The notes beneath the pieces are model-generated. The model worked only from the letters and a program-made list of their open reading frames with translations. It had not been told where the DNA came from and made no database searches. Position numbers and translations under genes: made by a program. From the IMG/VR virus record IMGVR_UViG_3300045747_000505: 64,000 bases of DNA, one strand, 5' to 3'. This DNA is from a virus (taxonomy: Duplodnaviria; Caudoviricetes). Shown here piece by piece: positions 46,201 to 55,009 of the stretch (within the stretch, counting starts at the first letter, position 1; the number at the start of each line of letters is the position of its first letter).

Positions 46201-49066
46201 TGTCATTGGACTCGCAGCCGACGCCGTGCTTCCAGGCACTGGCTCAGTCACCGTTCCGGCTGGTACTACGGCTCAGCGAACTCCAGCGCCAGCCGTTGGC
46301 GCGTCTCGCTTCAACACCGACCTGCTCGCCATCGAGTATTGGGACGGTTCGACGTGGCAACCAGTTGGTCGTCAGACGTTCGTTGATGCGAAGTTCCCAA
46401 TGGGTTTCTACGACCGTCTTGGCGAATCAACGCTCGCCGTCGTCGCTGGCACTCGCACCTTCACCATCACGCCGATTGGCGCTCACTTCACGTACTACCA
46501 CTCTGGTACGCGCATCGAGAAGACGACCGCCGAGAGCGTGGTCTGGCCAAACTCAAGCGGCATGTGGTACTTCTCGTACAGCGCCGCTGGCGTGCTCACC
46601 GCGTCTGGCTCGTTCTACGACCTCGCAACGCAGGTCCCAGCCGCCAATCTGTACTGGGACGCGACCAATCAGAAGATTCTGACCTTCGCCGACGAGCGCC
46701 ACGGCGCTACGATGGACTGGGCAACGCACCAGTACCTGCACCTCACCGTCGGTCCGAAGTACTACAGCGGTCTTCAGCTCGGCAACTACACGACGGCCGG
46801 CACTGGCACGGCAGCGGCTGACGCTGAGCTCAGCCTCACCAGCGGCGTGCTGTTCGACGAAGACCTGCGCATTGCCATCACGCACTCCGCGACGCCAACG
46901 AGCGCCAACGAGCAGAACCTGACGCCAATCGCTCAGATCCCAGTCTTCTATCGCATCGGCGCTGGCGTTGCGAACTGGCAGGGCGACACGGCTAGCAACT
47001 TCCCAATCAAGTTCGGCACCGCCCGCGCTCGCTACAATCTGAACACCGCTGGCACTTGGTCGCTGGCTGATGTGGGTGAGGGCGAGTACCTTGCAATGTG
47101 GGTCTTCGCCTCGAACGGCTACACGGACCCGGTCTTTGCGATGATGGGTCAGCGCACTGACACAACGCTGCAGAACGCCATCGACAACAACCTGTTCAGC
47201 ACGATGGACTTCGGTGCGCACGTCTCTGCTGAGTCCAAGCTGCTGTACCGTCTCATCTACCAGACGAGCTCCGCCTACACGAACGCCGTCAAGGCTCGAC
47301 TGGTCGATGTGCACGACATGCGCACCACGACCGAGCTGACAATTGCTGCGACCTCGCTCGTTGACCACAGCGACCTGGCTGGTCTCAACGGCGATGACCA
47401 TATTCAGTATGTCCACCTTGCCAACGTTCGCACCATCTCGGCTCAGCACATCTATCAGCCGATTACTGCAGCTGCACCATTCGCTCTTGGCGCCAACGCT
47501 CAAGGTCAGCTCGTCACAGGCTTCAACGCTGACACCGTCGATGGCCTGCACGCAGCCTCGTTCCAAGCGGCCGATGCTGACCTCACCGCCATCGCTGCGC
47601 TGACTGGCACCGGCATCGCTGTTCGCACTGCCGCTGACACGTGGACGACGCGCACTCTCGTAGCGCCTGCCGCTGGTCTGACCATCGCCAATCCAGCCGG
47701 CATTGCCGCTGGTCCGACCTTCGCGCTCGCTGATGACCTGAACGCCCTTGAAGCGCTCGCCACCACTGGTCTCGCCGTTCGCACTGGCACCTCCGCCTGG
47801 ACGACGCGCACGCTCGTCGCTGGCACTGGCATCACCATCGCCAACACTGATGGTGTTGCTGGCAACATCACCATCTCTGCGCCTGGCGGCTCTGGAGTTA
47901 CGTCGGTCGCTCTCGCCCTACCGTCCATCTTCACGGTGTCTGGTTCGCCGATCACCACGACTGGTACGCTGACTGGCACTCTCGCCACGCAGGCGCAGAA
48001 GACCGTCTTCGCTGGTCCTACGTCTGGCGTCAACGCCGCACCAACGTTCCGTACTCTGGCGCTCGCCAACGACCTCAGCGACGTCGTGGTCACCACGCCA
48101 ACCGTCGGTCAGGTCCTCGCCTACGACAACACGACATCCAAGTGGGTCAACGCTGGTGCCGTCGGCACGAGCGCTGCTGGTCTCATAGGCGCTGGTCAGG
48201 CTGGTGCCGCCGCTTGGACGCTGTCCTCTGGCACTCGCTACTTCGCCGACTTCACCCACGGGCTTGGCACGACCAACGTCGTCATCACCGTCTACGACAC
48301 GGCGACGAACGCCGTCGTCATTCCAGACAGCATCATTCTGACGACCACGACCACGGTCCGTGTCACAGTCATCGGCAACACTCGCACGCTTCGAGTCGTC
48401 GTTGTTGCCAACGGCAACTCTGTCACCATCGGTGGTGGAGGTGGAGGTGGCAACGTCGCCATCGCCAAGGATGGCGCGACGGTCGTCGCAACGGCATCGA
48501 CCATCAACTTCCGTGGTGCGCCAATCACGGTGGCTGACGCTGGTGCTGGCACTGCAAACGTAACGATTGGCGCTCGCTACTCGTTCATGGCGCACTCGCT
48601 TGACACACCGAACACCGCTGACTACGCCGTCAACGCAATCGCCGCAGCCACAACCGACCCGACCTCCACCTCACTGAGCGTTCGCTCGTTCAGCAACACG
48701 GTCGAGCAGGGCGTCGCGTTTCAGGTCTCCATTCCGGCGAACGCAACGACGATGACGCTCAAGATTCGTGGTCGCGCTGCGACAGCCCCTGGTGCTGTCA
48801 ACGTCGTTCAACCTCGCCTCTACTCGCGCGTCATTCCAAACAACGCCGCGATGGGCGCCTGGTCTGCAGCGTTCGAGCTGAACAACATCTCCATTCCAAC
48901 GAACGCGTTCTTTCAGTATTCGACGCAGACCATTCCGCTGACGACACTTGGCATCACCGCTGACAGTCTCTATCAGTTCGAGCTGACACGGCGCATCACT
49001 GGCGTGACTGGCACTAACCTCGCCTCAGCCTTCTATATGGTTGAGCTAATCTGTGAGTTCAGCTAA
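43253..49066 (+). CDS. Very long fibre-like virion structural protein
   Basis: 1937 aa; Thr/Gly/Ala-rich; repeated GT..SVT.D..GR.T.GTNPTTL.GYGITDA units; ATKQYVD; DRVLVKNQT..SQNGIYV. Confidence 0.88.
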   Translation: MANFDLAFQPENGINLDGLVGIFTGIIDPSIVGEAAPIGSLYLSTSGRLYQKVTALDTGWMVFSQGLGEALKISATDTTAGYLNTKLLTSAALTKTVGNAGANETLTLDLASVGTAGTYRSVTTNSKGQVTAGTNPTTLSGYGITDAQPLATNLTALAGVATTGLYVRQTAGGTTITRTIVGTTNQINVLAGDGVSGNPTLSFSSTVLFPGTTGIRPPSGTTAQRVATASYLRFNTTTAALEYYNGTTWVSLVASTGGTVTSISTVAPTEGLTITGGPITAAGTLTFTLANDLAALESIATTGFSARIGTDTWAARNLTGTLDRLEITNGAGVAGDPTFDIASTYAGQSSIITLGNITTGSWAATTIDIGHGGTGRTSIGGANTVLGVNTTATALEYKVIVGGTGISVSPTANQLQITNSGVTSVTGTTNQVNVSGSTGSITFSLPQSIATTSTPTFAQVTVAADPAAPLQLATKQYVDNAVQGLDAKQSVAAATTTNITLSGEQTIDNVALDTGDRVLVKNQTTASQNGIYVVSSGAWTRALDLDTWAEAVDAFTFVEGGIALAGTGWIANGSRTGTIDTTAMPWVQFSQAGVVNAGGGLTQSGTTISLSPVGTAGTYNDVTTNAYGQVISGTNQPYLTANQNITLQGDVTGVGNTLITTALSATGVAPGTYKSVTVDAKGRIGAATNPTTLAGYGITDAQPINAYLTALSGLATNGIVIRSGNTTTTRTIDAGSTKVSVNFADGVAGNPTIDVVEANLALNNISGTLAVSKGGTGLSAVNGANTLLGVNASSNALEYKALTGTGITITHSPAGINFTTINNGTVTSVAATGSTGLTVGGTPITSAGTLTFTLSTELQALSGLATLGFVSRTAANTYVTRSVVSGNATISISNPAGSAGNVSLDLATVGTAGTFKSVTTDIYGRVTSGTNPTTLAGYGITDAAPNTLAYLTVGSEPTLTNERRLAGTTSQITLADNGANSTLVIGLAADAVLPGTGSVTVPAGTTAQRTPAPAVGASRFNTDLLAIEYWDGSTWQPVGRQTFVDAKFPMGFYDRLGESTLAVVAGTRTFTITPIGAHFTYYHSGTRIEKTTAESVVWPNSSGMWYFSYSAAGVLTASGSFYDLATQVPAANLYWDATNQKILTFADERHGATMDWATHQYLHLTVGPKYYSGLQLGNYTTAGTGTAAADAELSLTSGVLFDEDLRIAITHSATPTSANEQNLTPIAQIPVFYRIGAGVANWQGDTASNFPIKFGTARARYNLNTAGTWSLADVGEGEYLAMWVFASNGYTDPVFAMMGQRTDTTLQNAIDNNLFSTMDFGAHVSAESKLLYRLIYQTSSAYTNAVKARLVDVHDMRTTTELTIAATSLVDHSDLAGLNGDDHIQYVHLANVRTISAQHIYQPITAAAPFALGANAQGQLVTGFNADTVDGLHAASFQAADADLTAIAALTGTGIAVRTAADTWTTRTLVAPAAGLTIANPAGIAAGPTFALADDLNALEALATTGLAVRTGTSAWTTRTLVAGTGITIANTDGVAGNITISAPGGSGVTSVALALPSIFTVSGSPITTTGTLTGTLATQAQKTVFAGPTSGVNAAPTFRTLALANDLSDVVVTTPTVGQVLAYDNTTSKWVNAGAVGTSAAGLIGAGQAGAAAWTLSSGTRYFADFTHGLGTTNVVITVYDTATNAVVIPDSIILTTTTTVRVTVIGNTRTLRVVVVANGNSVTIGGGGGGGNVAIAKDGATVVATASTINFRGAPITVADAGAGTANVTIGARYSFMAHSLDTPNTADYAVNAIAAATTDPTSTSLSVRSFSNTVEQGVAFQVSIPANATTMTLKIRGRAATAPGAVNVVQPRLYSRVIPNNAAMGAWSAAFELNNISIPTNAFFQYSTQTIPLTTLGITADSLYQFELTRRITGVTGTNLASAFYMVELICEFS

Positions 49067-49776
49067 TGGCTATTCAAACCGTCGGCGCCGACAGTCACCT
49101 GCGCTCAAGTCAGACAATGAGTCTGTCTGCAACTTCTGCCTTCTCAATCACCTGCTGGATTAGCGCCAACTGGAACTCTGGTGGTCGACGCTCGTTCGTC
49201 GGCATCTACGGACCTGCGACTGACGTTGCGCTTGGCGCCCCAGTCACAGCTGTTCAGATTGGTTCCAGCCTTGGAACCAATGACCTAACCTGCTGGACTT
49301 GGGGTGGTGGTACGCTCGTCGGCACCGCAACAGGAGCGATGGCTGCTTACAACAACGTGTGGACGCACATCGTCTACACATTCGACGGAACGACGCATCG
49401 TCTCTATCGTGATGGCGTGCTGTTGGCTTCGCAAGCTGCGGTTCAGCTCGCCGGCTTTCTCAATCAAATCTACATCAACGGCTATCCAGGCGGAACTACC
49501 GGCGAGGTTGACGCTTTCCAAGCCGACCAGTACGCGATCTATCGCAGGACCCTGTCTGCCGATGAGGTGCTGACAATGGCTTCGTGCTACGGAACTCGCC
49601 ACGGCATCAACAACGCAATCGCTCGCTTCGAGTTCGACGGTGGCGTAGGAACGGTGTCGAACGAGCTCGACCTTACTGGCAATGGACACCATCTGACCTT
49701 TACTGGCGCCGGCACCGCCCCGTCGTATTCCTACATAAATACGATAGCAAGCTCCAACATTAGGCGAGTCCAATGA
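49066..49776 (+). CDS. LamG/concanavalin-A-like domain structural protein
   Basis: FSITCWI, WTHIVYTFDGTTHRLYRDG, IYRRTLSADEV. Confidence 0.85.
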   Translation: MAIQTVGADSHLRSSQTMSLSATSAFSITCWISANWNSGGRRSFVGIYGPATDVALGAPVTAVQIGSSLGTNDLTCWTWGGGTLVGTATGAMAAYNNVWTHIVYTFDGTTHRLYRDGVLLASQAAVQLAGFLNQIYINGYPGGTTGEVDAFQADQYAIYRRTLSADEVLTMASCYGTRHGINNAIARFEFDGGVGTVSNELDLTGNGHHLTFTGAGTAPSYSYINTIASSNIRRVQ

Positions 49777-50639
49777 CGACAGAAGTTCTCGGCAAATACT
49801 CCTTTTCTCAGGTTCCTGACGTCGCCGGCAGTGACCTGATGCTGAACACGGGCGGTGTTCCATCGATGTCGAGCGGCACGACCGCGGCTCGTCCTGCAGC
49901 TGGAACCGCCGGCACTCTGTACGTTGACACCACTGCGAACATTCTCTATCGTGACAACGGCTCTGCCTGGGTTGCGATCGGCGCAGGCTCGACGCTGACG
50001 GGCACGGCAAGCGAAATCACAGTCATCGGCACCGTCATCTCACTCGCAGCGGATCCGATTCTGCCTGGCACTGGCGCCTTTCAACCGCCAACTGGAACGA
50101 CAGCGCAGCGCCCCGTTGCGCCGGCAGCAGGCTTCTCTCGCTTCAACACGACGCTTGGCTACACTGAAGAGTACAATGGGGCTAGCTGGCGCCCTGCCGG
50201 CGGCCAGCTGATTCAGCACGTAGAAGGCTCAATTCCAGCTTCGACCGGTGCAACAGCGATTCCACTTGACAACACAGTCCCGCTCTCAACCGAGGGTTCG
50301 CAGATTTGGACGTACACGTTCACGCCGACGTCAACGACCTCGAAGCTGTACATCACCTTCTCGCTGTCGCACTCGAACTCGAACACATCGACGACGAACC
50401 TCTGCACGCTCTTCGCTGGCACGACGCTCATCGGCGCACAAGCTGCTCGTATCGTCGCCAACAACGCACTTGGTATGATGTCAATGCACGTCGTGTACGC
50501 ACCAGGTTCAACGGCACCAGTCACCATCTCAGCTCGCTTCGGTGGCAGCACGACGACTACTTGGTATGTCAATCAGACCAACAATGCTACGCTCGGTGGA
50601 GCGCTCGCCTCCGAATTCACCATTCAGGAATTTGAATAA
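49773..50639 (+). CDS. Tail-fibre-like protein
   Basis: P.GTTAQRP...G..RFNTT...EEYNG module shared with 43253-49066; TAAATA at 49736 upstream. Confidence 0.8.
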   Translation: MTTEVLGKYSFSQVPDVAGSDLMLNTGGVPSMSSGTTAARPAAGTAGTLYVDTTANILYRDNGSAWVAIGAGSTLTGTASEITVIGTVISLAADPILPGTGAFQPPTGTTAQRPVAPAAGFSRFNTTLGYTEEYNGASWRPAGGQLIQHVEGSIPASTGATAIPLDNTVPLSTEGSQIWTYTFTPTSTTSKLYITFSLSHSNSNTSTTNLCTLFAGTTLIGAQAARIVANNALGMMSMHVVYAPGSTAPVTISARFGGSTTTTWYVNQTNNATLGGALASEFTIQEFE

Positions 50640-51157
50640 TGCTCAAGATCGCAATTCCATCCTACGTTGAACTTCTCGGAGCGCGTGTTCCGCCTGTTGT
50701 CGTCACCACGATTGGTGATGGCAGCGACTACGACACGCTCGTTTGGCAAGCTGGCCCTCCAATCCCGCCGAAGGCTGAGCTCGACGCGGCTCGCCTAGTC
50801 GAAGCGAAGCATCGCCAGTGGTTGGCCATTCAAGGCGTTCGCGACTATCTGCGCGGCAACGGTGTTCAGGTGGGTGCCAACTGGTTTCACTCAGACGACT
50901 CATCGCGCATTCAGCAGCTTGGCCTCGTCATGTTCGGCTCTAACATGCCAGGCGGCATCATGTGGAAGACGATGGGTGGTGCCTTCGTGCTGATGACGCC
51001 AGCGCTTGCAATGTCAATCTTCACTGGTCATGCGCAGCATGACACGATCATCTTCTCGATCGCGGAGCAGAAGAAGACCGCAGTCAATGCACTTACGACC
51101 CTACAAGAAGTAGGCGAGTTCGATCACGACTCTGGCTGGCCAGCAACGTTTACATAA
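50639..51157 (+). CDS. DUF4376-like tail-fibre-associated protein
   Basis: RD.....GV.VG..WF.SD..SRIQ..GL......WKT....FV.MT. Confidence 0.75.
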   Translation: MLKIAIPSYVELLGARVPPVVVTTIGDGSDYDTLVWQAGPPIPPKAELDAARLVEAKHRQWLAIQGVRDYLRGNGVQVGANWFHSDDSSRIQQLGLVMFGSNMPGGIMWKTMGGAFVLMTPALAMSIFTGHAQHDTIIFSIAEQKKTAVNALTTLQEVGEFDHDSGWPATFT

Positions 51158-51168
51158 GGAGCATCATC

Positions 51169-51789
51169 ATGAACATTTTTCAGCGTATTGAGCGAGGCGT
51201 TGCACTCACCATTGGCAAGGTCCACTGGCGAGGAAAACGCCTGCTCGACGCGAAGCAGATTGACGAGGTCACGGCACGACTGGCGAAGGACCACTACATT
51301 CTGCTGTCTCATCGCAGCAATCACCTCTCGACCTTCTTCATTGGGCTGGCTTCGTTCCTGCTCACTGGCAAGTGGGCGTACTGGACGCACGCGCTGATGA
51401 ACCTGGAAAATGAAGTCTCGAGCGAAGCAGACTTCCGTTTCATCGAAGCTGTTGGCACCGGCGTCAAGTACACGGGCGTCAACGGCGTGCTAGACGTGCA
51501 GGGTCTCGTGCTGCTGCGCCCGAAGAACATGACCATCGACCGTTGGACGACCGTGCTTGACAAGGCTCGCACTAATCTTGGCAAGCCGTACGATACGCTG
51601 TTCGATCTGAGCAATGATCAGGCGTTGAGCTGCGTTGAGCTCGTTCGCTCCGCGCTGCAAAGCGAGCCGACCTACTGGCAGGACTTCGCTCACTTCGAGG
51701 AGATGATCGCAGCCAAGAAGAACCTCACCCCAGAGATGTTCTACAACTGCCCTGACTTCGTCGTCGAGTACGAGGTTCGCAACAAGTAA
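51169..51789 (+). CDS. Permuted papain-like NlpC/P60 (YiiX/YaeF-type) hydrolase
   Basis: WTHA near the N-terminus, then GKPYD..F.....LSCVELV (His before Cys = permuted order). Confidence 0.8.
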   Translation: MNIFQRIERGVALTIGKVHWRGKRLLDAKQIDEVTARLAKDHYILLSHRSNHLSTFFIGLASFLLTGKWAYWTHALMNLENEVSSEADFRFIEAVGTGVKYTGVNGVLDVQGLVLLRPKNMTIDRWTTVLDKARTNLGKPYDTLFDLSNDQALSCVELVRSALQSEPTYWQDFAHFEEMIAAKKNLTPEMFYNCPDFVVEYEVRNK

Positions 51790-51792
51790 CCT

Positions 51793-52140
51793 ATGTCAAT
51801 CAACGCTTGCACGCTCAATCGCGCCACGGTGGATACGTTCTGCTCGCCTCGGCGCGCGATCGTGTTTGCCAAGCTGGTTGATGAGCTGCATCCTGTCTAC
51901 CCACCGCAGGCTACCGCAAGCAAGACGCACCTCGGCTACGCACCGTATCGTGATGAGGAAGATGATCGTCCAACGCTCAAGTTCGAGCAGCCGATCATCA
52001 CCGTCCACGTCGACATTCTCGGCTTCTCTGGCTCCGACACGCAGGACATCTCTGGTGCGCAGCTTGACTTCGTCACCGTCACTGACTTCGAGCACGTCGG
52101 CGCAATCGACGTTTCGATCACAGACATAACCTTCGACTAA
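51793..52140 (+). CDS. Hypothetical protein
   Basis: 115 aa in the structural operon. Confidence 0.7.
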   Translation: MSINACTLNRATVDTFCSPRRAIVFAKLVDELHPVYPPQATASKTHLGYAPYRDEEDDRPTLKFEQPIITVHVDILGFSGSDTQDISGAQLDFVTVTDFEHVGAIDVSITDITFD

Positions 52141-52143
52141 TCT

Positions 52144-52932
52144 ATGCTGACTGCTGGACAATCATCAACCGTCGCCTTCGCCGTCAACGTGATGGGCACC
52201 TCCGCTGATCCGAGCGTTCGCGTCATTCTTGCCGCGCACCCAGAGCTCAGCTTTCCAGCGACGAAGGACGGCGACAAGTGGTCGACTCACCTCGCCATTC
52301 CGGCTACGCTCGCGCCTGGGTCCTATGACCTGCGCGTTGAGGTTATGCTCAACGGGCGCCTGTTCACTCCGATTCGCAAGAAGGTCGAGGTCAGCGCTGC
52401 TGCACCATCGAACGAACCGTTGCCGAAGGTCGAAGCACCGGCGGAGGCGAAGGTCGAGGCGAAGGTCGAGGCGAAGGTCGAGGCGAAGGCAACCGCAGTG
52501 CCGAACCCAATCGTTGCACCGCCGAAGACGCAGGTCATCGCCCCAAAGAATTCTCTGTTCGTTCAGGTGACTCAGACCAAGCAGCAGCCAACCGCACCGT
52601 CGGTCTCGTATCCTAAACTTCGGTCGTTCGAGAGTATCAACAGTGATACTATTGGTGTTGAGCCAATTGAGCTTGCTGAAGCGCCTGAGCTAACTGGGCT
52701 GGCGGCAATTGTTGAGCGGGGTCCTCGAAAGATTTACTCCGTTCACACGCCGTTGCCACGAAAAGCACAGGTTTCTGAAGGACCAATTACCGTTCGCATC
52801 AGCGAAATTGATTCAATCACCGCACATACTTCGGTTCGCACGCTTGAAGCAGCGCCAGTTATTCGGGCTCAGAAGCCGATTCATAATTCAACCCTAGTGA
52901 AGCTCGTCAAAGAAGACGTGTTTTACGAATAA
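52144..52932 (+). CDS. Hypothetical protein: beta-rich N-domain plus Pro/Ala/Lys linker with EAKV repeats
   Basis: 262 aa. Confidence 0.7.
   Translation: MLTAGQSSTVAFAVNVMGTSADPSVRVILAAHPELSFPATKDGDKWSTHLAIPATLAPGSYDLRVEVMLNGRLFTPIRKKVEVSAAAPSNEPLPKVEAPAEAKVEAKVEAKVEAKATAVPNPIVAPPKTQVIAPKNSLFVQVTQTKQQPTAPSVSYPKLRSFESINSDTIGVEPIELAEAPELTGLAAIVERGPRKIYSVHTPLPRKAQVSEGPITVRISEIDSITAHTSVRTLEAAPVIRAQKPIHNSTLVKLVKEDVFYE
52444..52489 (+). repeat. 12-bp tandem repeat GAGGCGAAGGTC x3.8 (EAKV)
   Basis: Exact copies at 52444, 52456, 52468 and a partial copy at 52480. Confidence 0.95.
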
Positions 52933-52941
52933 GGATATCAA

Positions 52942-53139
52942 ATGAAAGTATTCAGTGACGCCGCCGTTTCGAAGGACTACGTTGATGCAGCAGCCACTGC
53001 TGCAGTTGCAACATCGTCGACCGTTATTGACGCTGTCGACGCCAAGCAAACGCTGCAAATCAAGCAGCTGCGCAATATCGTCGCCTTGTCCTTTGTTCTG
53101 AACCTCGTCATCACGCTGACGCTCAAGTTCCTCGTGTAA
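52942..53139 (+). CDS. Small protein with C-terminal transmembrane helix
   Basis: AAGGA RBS; IVALSFVLNLVITLTLKFLV. Confidence 0.7.
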   Translation: MKVFSDAAVSKDYVDAAATAAVATSSTVIDAVDAKQTLQIKQLRNIVALSFVLNLVITLTLKFLV

Positions 53140-53197
53140 CGACGCTTCGGTGTCGTTACACTTTAGTCCTACAGATTCCTGTAGGCTGATGTATAAT
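53134..53197 (+). promoter_or_regulatory. 12-bp GTAAC/GTTAC hairpin (TTCG loop) + TATAAT
   Basis: GTGTAACGACGC-TTCG-GTGTCGTTACAC then TTT; TATAAT at 53192 (37 bp); ATG 6 nt later. Confidence 0.75.
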
Positions 53198-53203
53198 GGC
53201 ACC

Positions 53204-53668
53204 ATGGACACCGATACCTACACCCTCCTGGAGTCAGAAGTCAACGACTGGCTGGCATACGCTTCCGTCACCCCGTACGATGCGCAATCGCGCGCCAAGT
53301 ACAAGGCGATTCGTGAGCGCATCTGCATGCTGTTCCGCGACTATCGTGCCGCTCACGTCGCCAACTGCAAGGTCACCGAGCTGCCCGAGCGCATCGTTCA
53401 GGTCAGCGAACGGACTCTCCGGCACATCGCCACCTGTCGCGCCAAGGAAGAGCAGGACAAAGAGGACCTGCGCAAGGAGCTTCTTGACAAGCTCACCCGC
53501 GCCAGTCGCGAGGCGCTCGTCAACCTCATCTGGGATCAGAAGGAAGACTACATTCGCGGCTTCGACTCGGTCACCGAAGGTGTCAGCGCCTGGGACTGCC
53601 TCATCGACTCCATTCGCTACGGCTACATCACTCGCGACAACCTCGCCCATCACGGCATCACCATCTGA
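53204..53668 (+). CDS. Hypothetical protein, probably leaderless
   Basis: 154 aa from ATG 53204. Confidence 0.75.
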   Translation: MDTDTYTLLESEVNDWLAYASVTPYDAQSRAKYKAIRERICMLFRDYRAAHVANCKVTELPERIVQVSERTLRHIATCRAKEEQDKEDLRKELLDKLTRASREALVNLIWDQKEDYIRGFDSVTEGVSAWDCLIDSIRYGYITRDNLAHHGITI

Positions 53669-53675
53669 GAACATC

Positions 53676-53819
53676 ATGAAGATCGTCGTCCCAAATCTGA
53701 AGCCACGCAACCACCTGGTTGTGCTGGTCAAGTTCCGTAAGGCCGGCGCTCACAAGGTCGGCAACGTCCGTCAACGTCAGCAACGTGAGCTTCGCGCTCA
53801 CCTGAAGGAGACTCAATGA
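53676..53819 (+). CDS. Small basic protein
   Basis: 47 aa MKIVVPNLKPRNHLV...RKAGAHK; ATGA coupling to the next gene. Confidence 0.65.
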   Translation: MKIVVPNLKPRNHLVVLVKFRKAGAHKVGNVRQRQQRELRAHLKETQ

Positions 53820-54073
53820 GAGTTTACCGGTCCAGCCAGGACTTCGCTGAACGGCTGCACGAGCGCCGCTACCTGGCGAAGTACCGTTGGCACTACGAGC
53901 GCCAACACAAGGCCATGGAGCATCCGCGCGTCTGCGTCCGCTTCGTCAAGGGCCACGTCTACGTCGGCTGCCAGTCCGGCCACCGTCGGCAAGAATCCCG
54001 CTACCGTCGCTCGCTCGAGCGCTGCGCCAACGACCGTCGCAATCGCGACTACGAGAACAAGTATGAATCCTGA
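53816..54073 (+). CDS. Arg-rich hypothetical protein
   Basis: 85 aa; GGAG RBS. Confidence 0.6.
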   Translation: MRVYRSSQDFAERLHERRYLAKYRWHYERQHKAMEHPRVCVRFVKGHVYVGCQSGHRRQESRYRRSLERCANDRRNRDYENKYES

Positions 54074-54356
54074 CTTCAGCCCAGACAACCACAACGCTGC
54101 CACCGCCATGCGAGCGGTGATCGAGCGGCAAGAAGCCGAAGCCAGGCTCGAAGTGGCAGAGCGCAACATTCGCGTCGCGCTCGTCAACATCGACGCTCGA
54201 CTGCCGACGCTCTACAAGGCGCAGGGCACCTTCAACGCCATGCGTGAACTGGCCCGAACACCCGATCAGAAGGTCGCCTCTGACGCGCTGGTCTCTTTCG
54301 CTGCCGCCTACGTCGACATGCTGGAAGGGCTTCGCAAGGAACTGACGAAGGTGTAA
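54063..54356 (+). CDS. Hypothetical protein
   Basis: 97 aa. Confidence 0.7.
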   Translation: MNPDFSPDNHNAATAMRAVIERQEAEARLEVAERNIRVALVNIDARLPTLYKAQGTFNAMRELARTPDQKVASDALVSFAAAYVDMLEGLRKELTKV

Positions 54357-54414
54357 CGATGGACGAGGGCGTTACACTTTGGCTTGAGCAGATTCCCCAG
54401 GATCAGGGTATAAT
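54351..54414 (+). promoter_or_regulatory. GTGTAACG-N11-CGTTACAC inverted repeat + TATAAT
   Basis: Contains the upstream TAA; TATAAT at 54409 (38 bp). Confidence 0.75.
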
Positions 54415-54445
54415 GACTCATCGTCACGCTGATACTGATTCTGAT

Positions 54446-54697
54446 ATGCACTGCCTCAACACCGCCCGCCGCGTCAGCTTCGCTGAATTTGTCGCGACCA
54501 CCACCCAGTTCATCTCGATGGTGCCTTCACTGCCGATCGACGATGCCGAGCGCATCTACGCCGTCATCAATCGGGACTACCTCAACACCACCTGCACCGA
54601 CAGCGATGAACCTCGCGCCGCTAGTCTGCTTCGCTGCGCTGCCGATGCCGTGTGCATCGCCGGTGGTCACGCTCCCCTCTTCAACTCCTTCGAGTGA
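54446..54697 (+). CDS. Hypothetical protein
   Basis: 83 aa from ATG 54446; start uncertain. Confidence 0.6.
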   Translation: MHCLNTARRVSFAEFVATTTQFISMVPSLPIDDAERIYAVINRDYLNTTCTDSDEPRAASLLRCAADAVCIAGGHAPLFNSFE

Positions 54698-54700
54698 ATC

Positions 54701-54940
54701 GTGGTTTCAAACCTTTCACTTCTTTCACCTGAAGCGTTTCGCGATCTCGTCGGCATGATCCTCGAGGCAGAGCGCGAGGCACGCGGAGGCCTGAAGACTT
54801 CGACGATGCATCAGCTCGAAAAGTGGCTGATCACAGGCGCCGCCCTGCACAACCCTTGGACTGACGAGCAGCTCCGTGAACTGCGCTTCACCGGTCTCAT
54901 GACCCTCGTCTACCGTCGCGTCCGTGACCAGGGCGTGTAA
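54701..54940 (+). CDS. Hypothetical protein
   Basis: 79 aa. Confidence 0.6.
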   Translation: MVSNLSLLSPEAFRDLVGMILEAEREARGGLKTSTMHQLEKWLITGAALHNPWTDEQLRELRFTGLMTLVYRRVRDQGV

Positions 54941-54984
54941 CGGTTACAACTTTTCCTACCACGGATTCAGGTTCGTGGTATAAT
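54936..54984 (+). promoter_or_regulatory. TGTAAC-G-GTTACA palindrome + extended -10
   Basis: Contains the upstream TAA; TG-g-TATAAT at 54979 (36 bp). Confidence 0.75.
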
Positions 54985-55009
54985 GGTCGCATACCAACGA
55001 AGGATCCCA

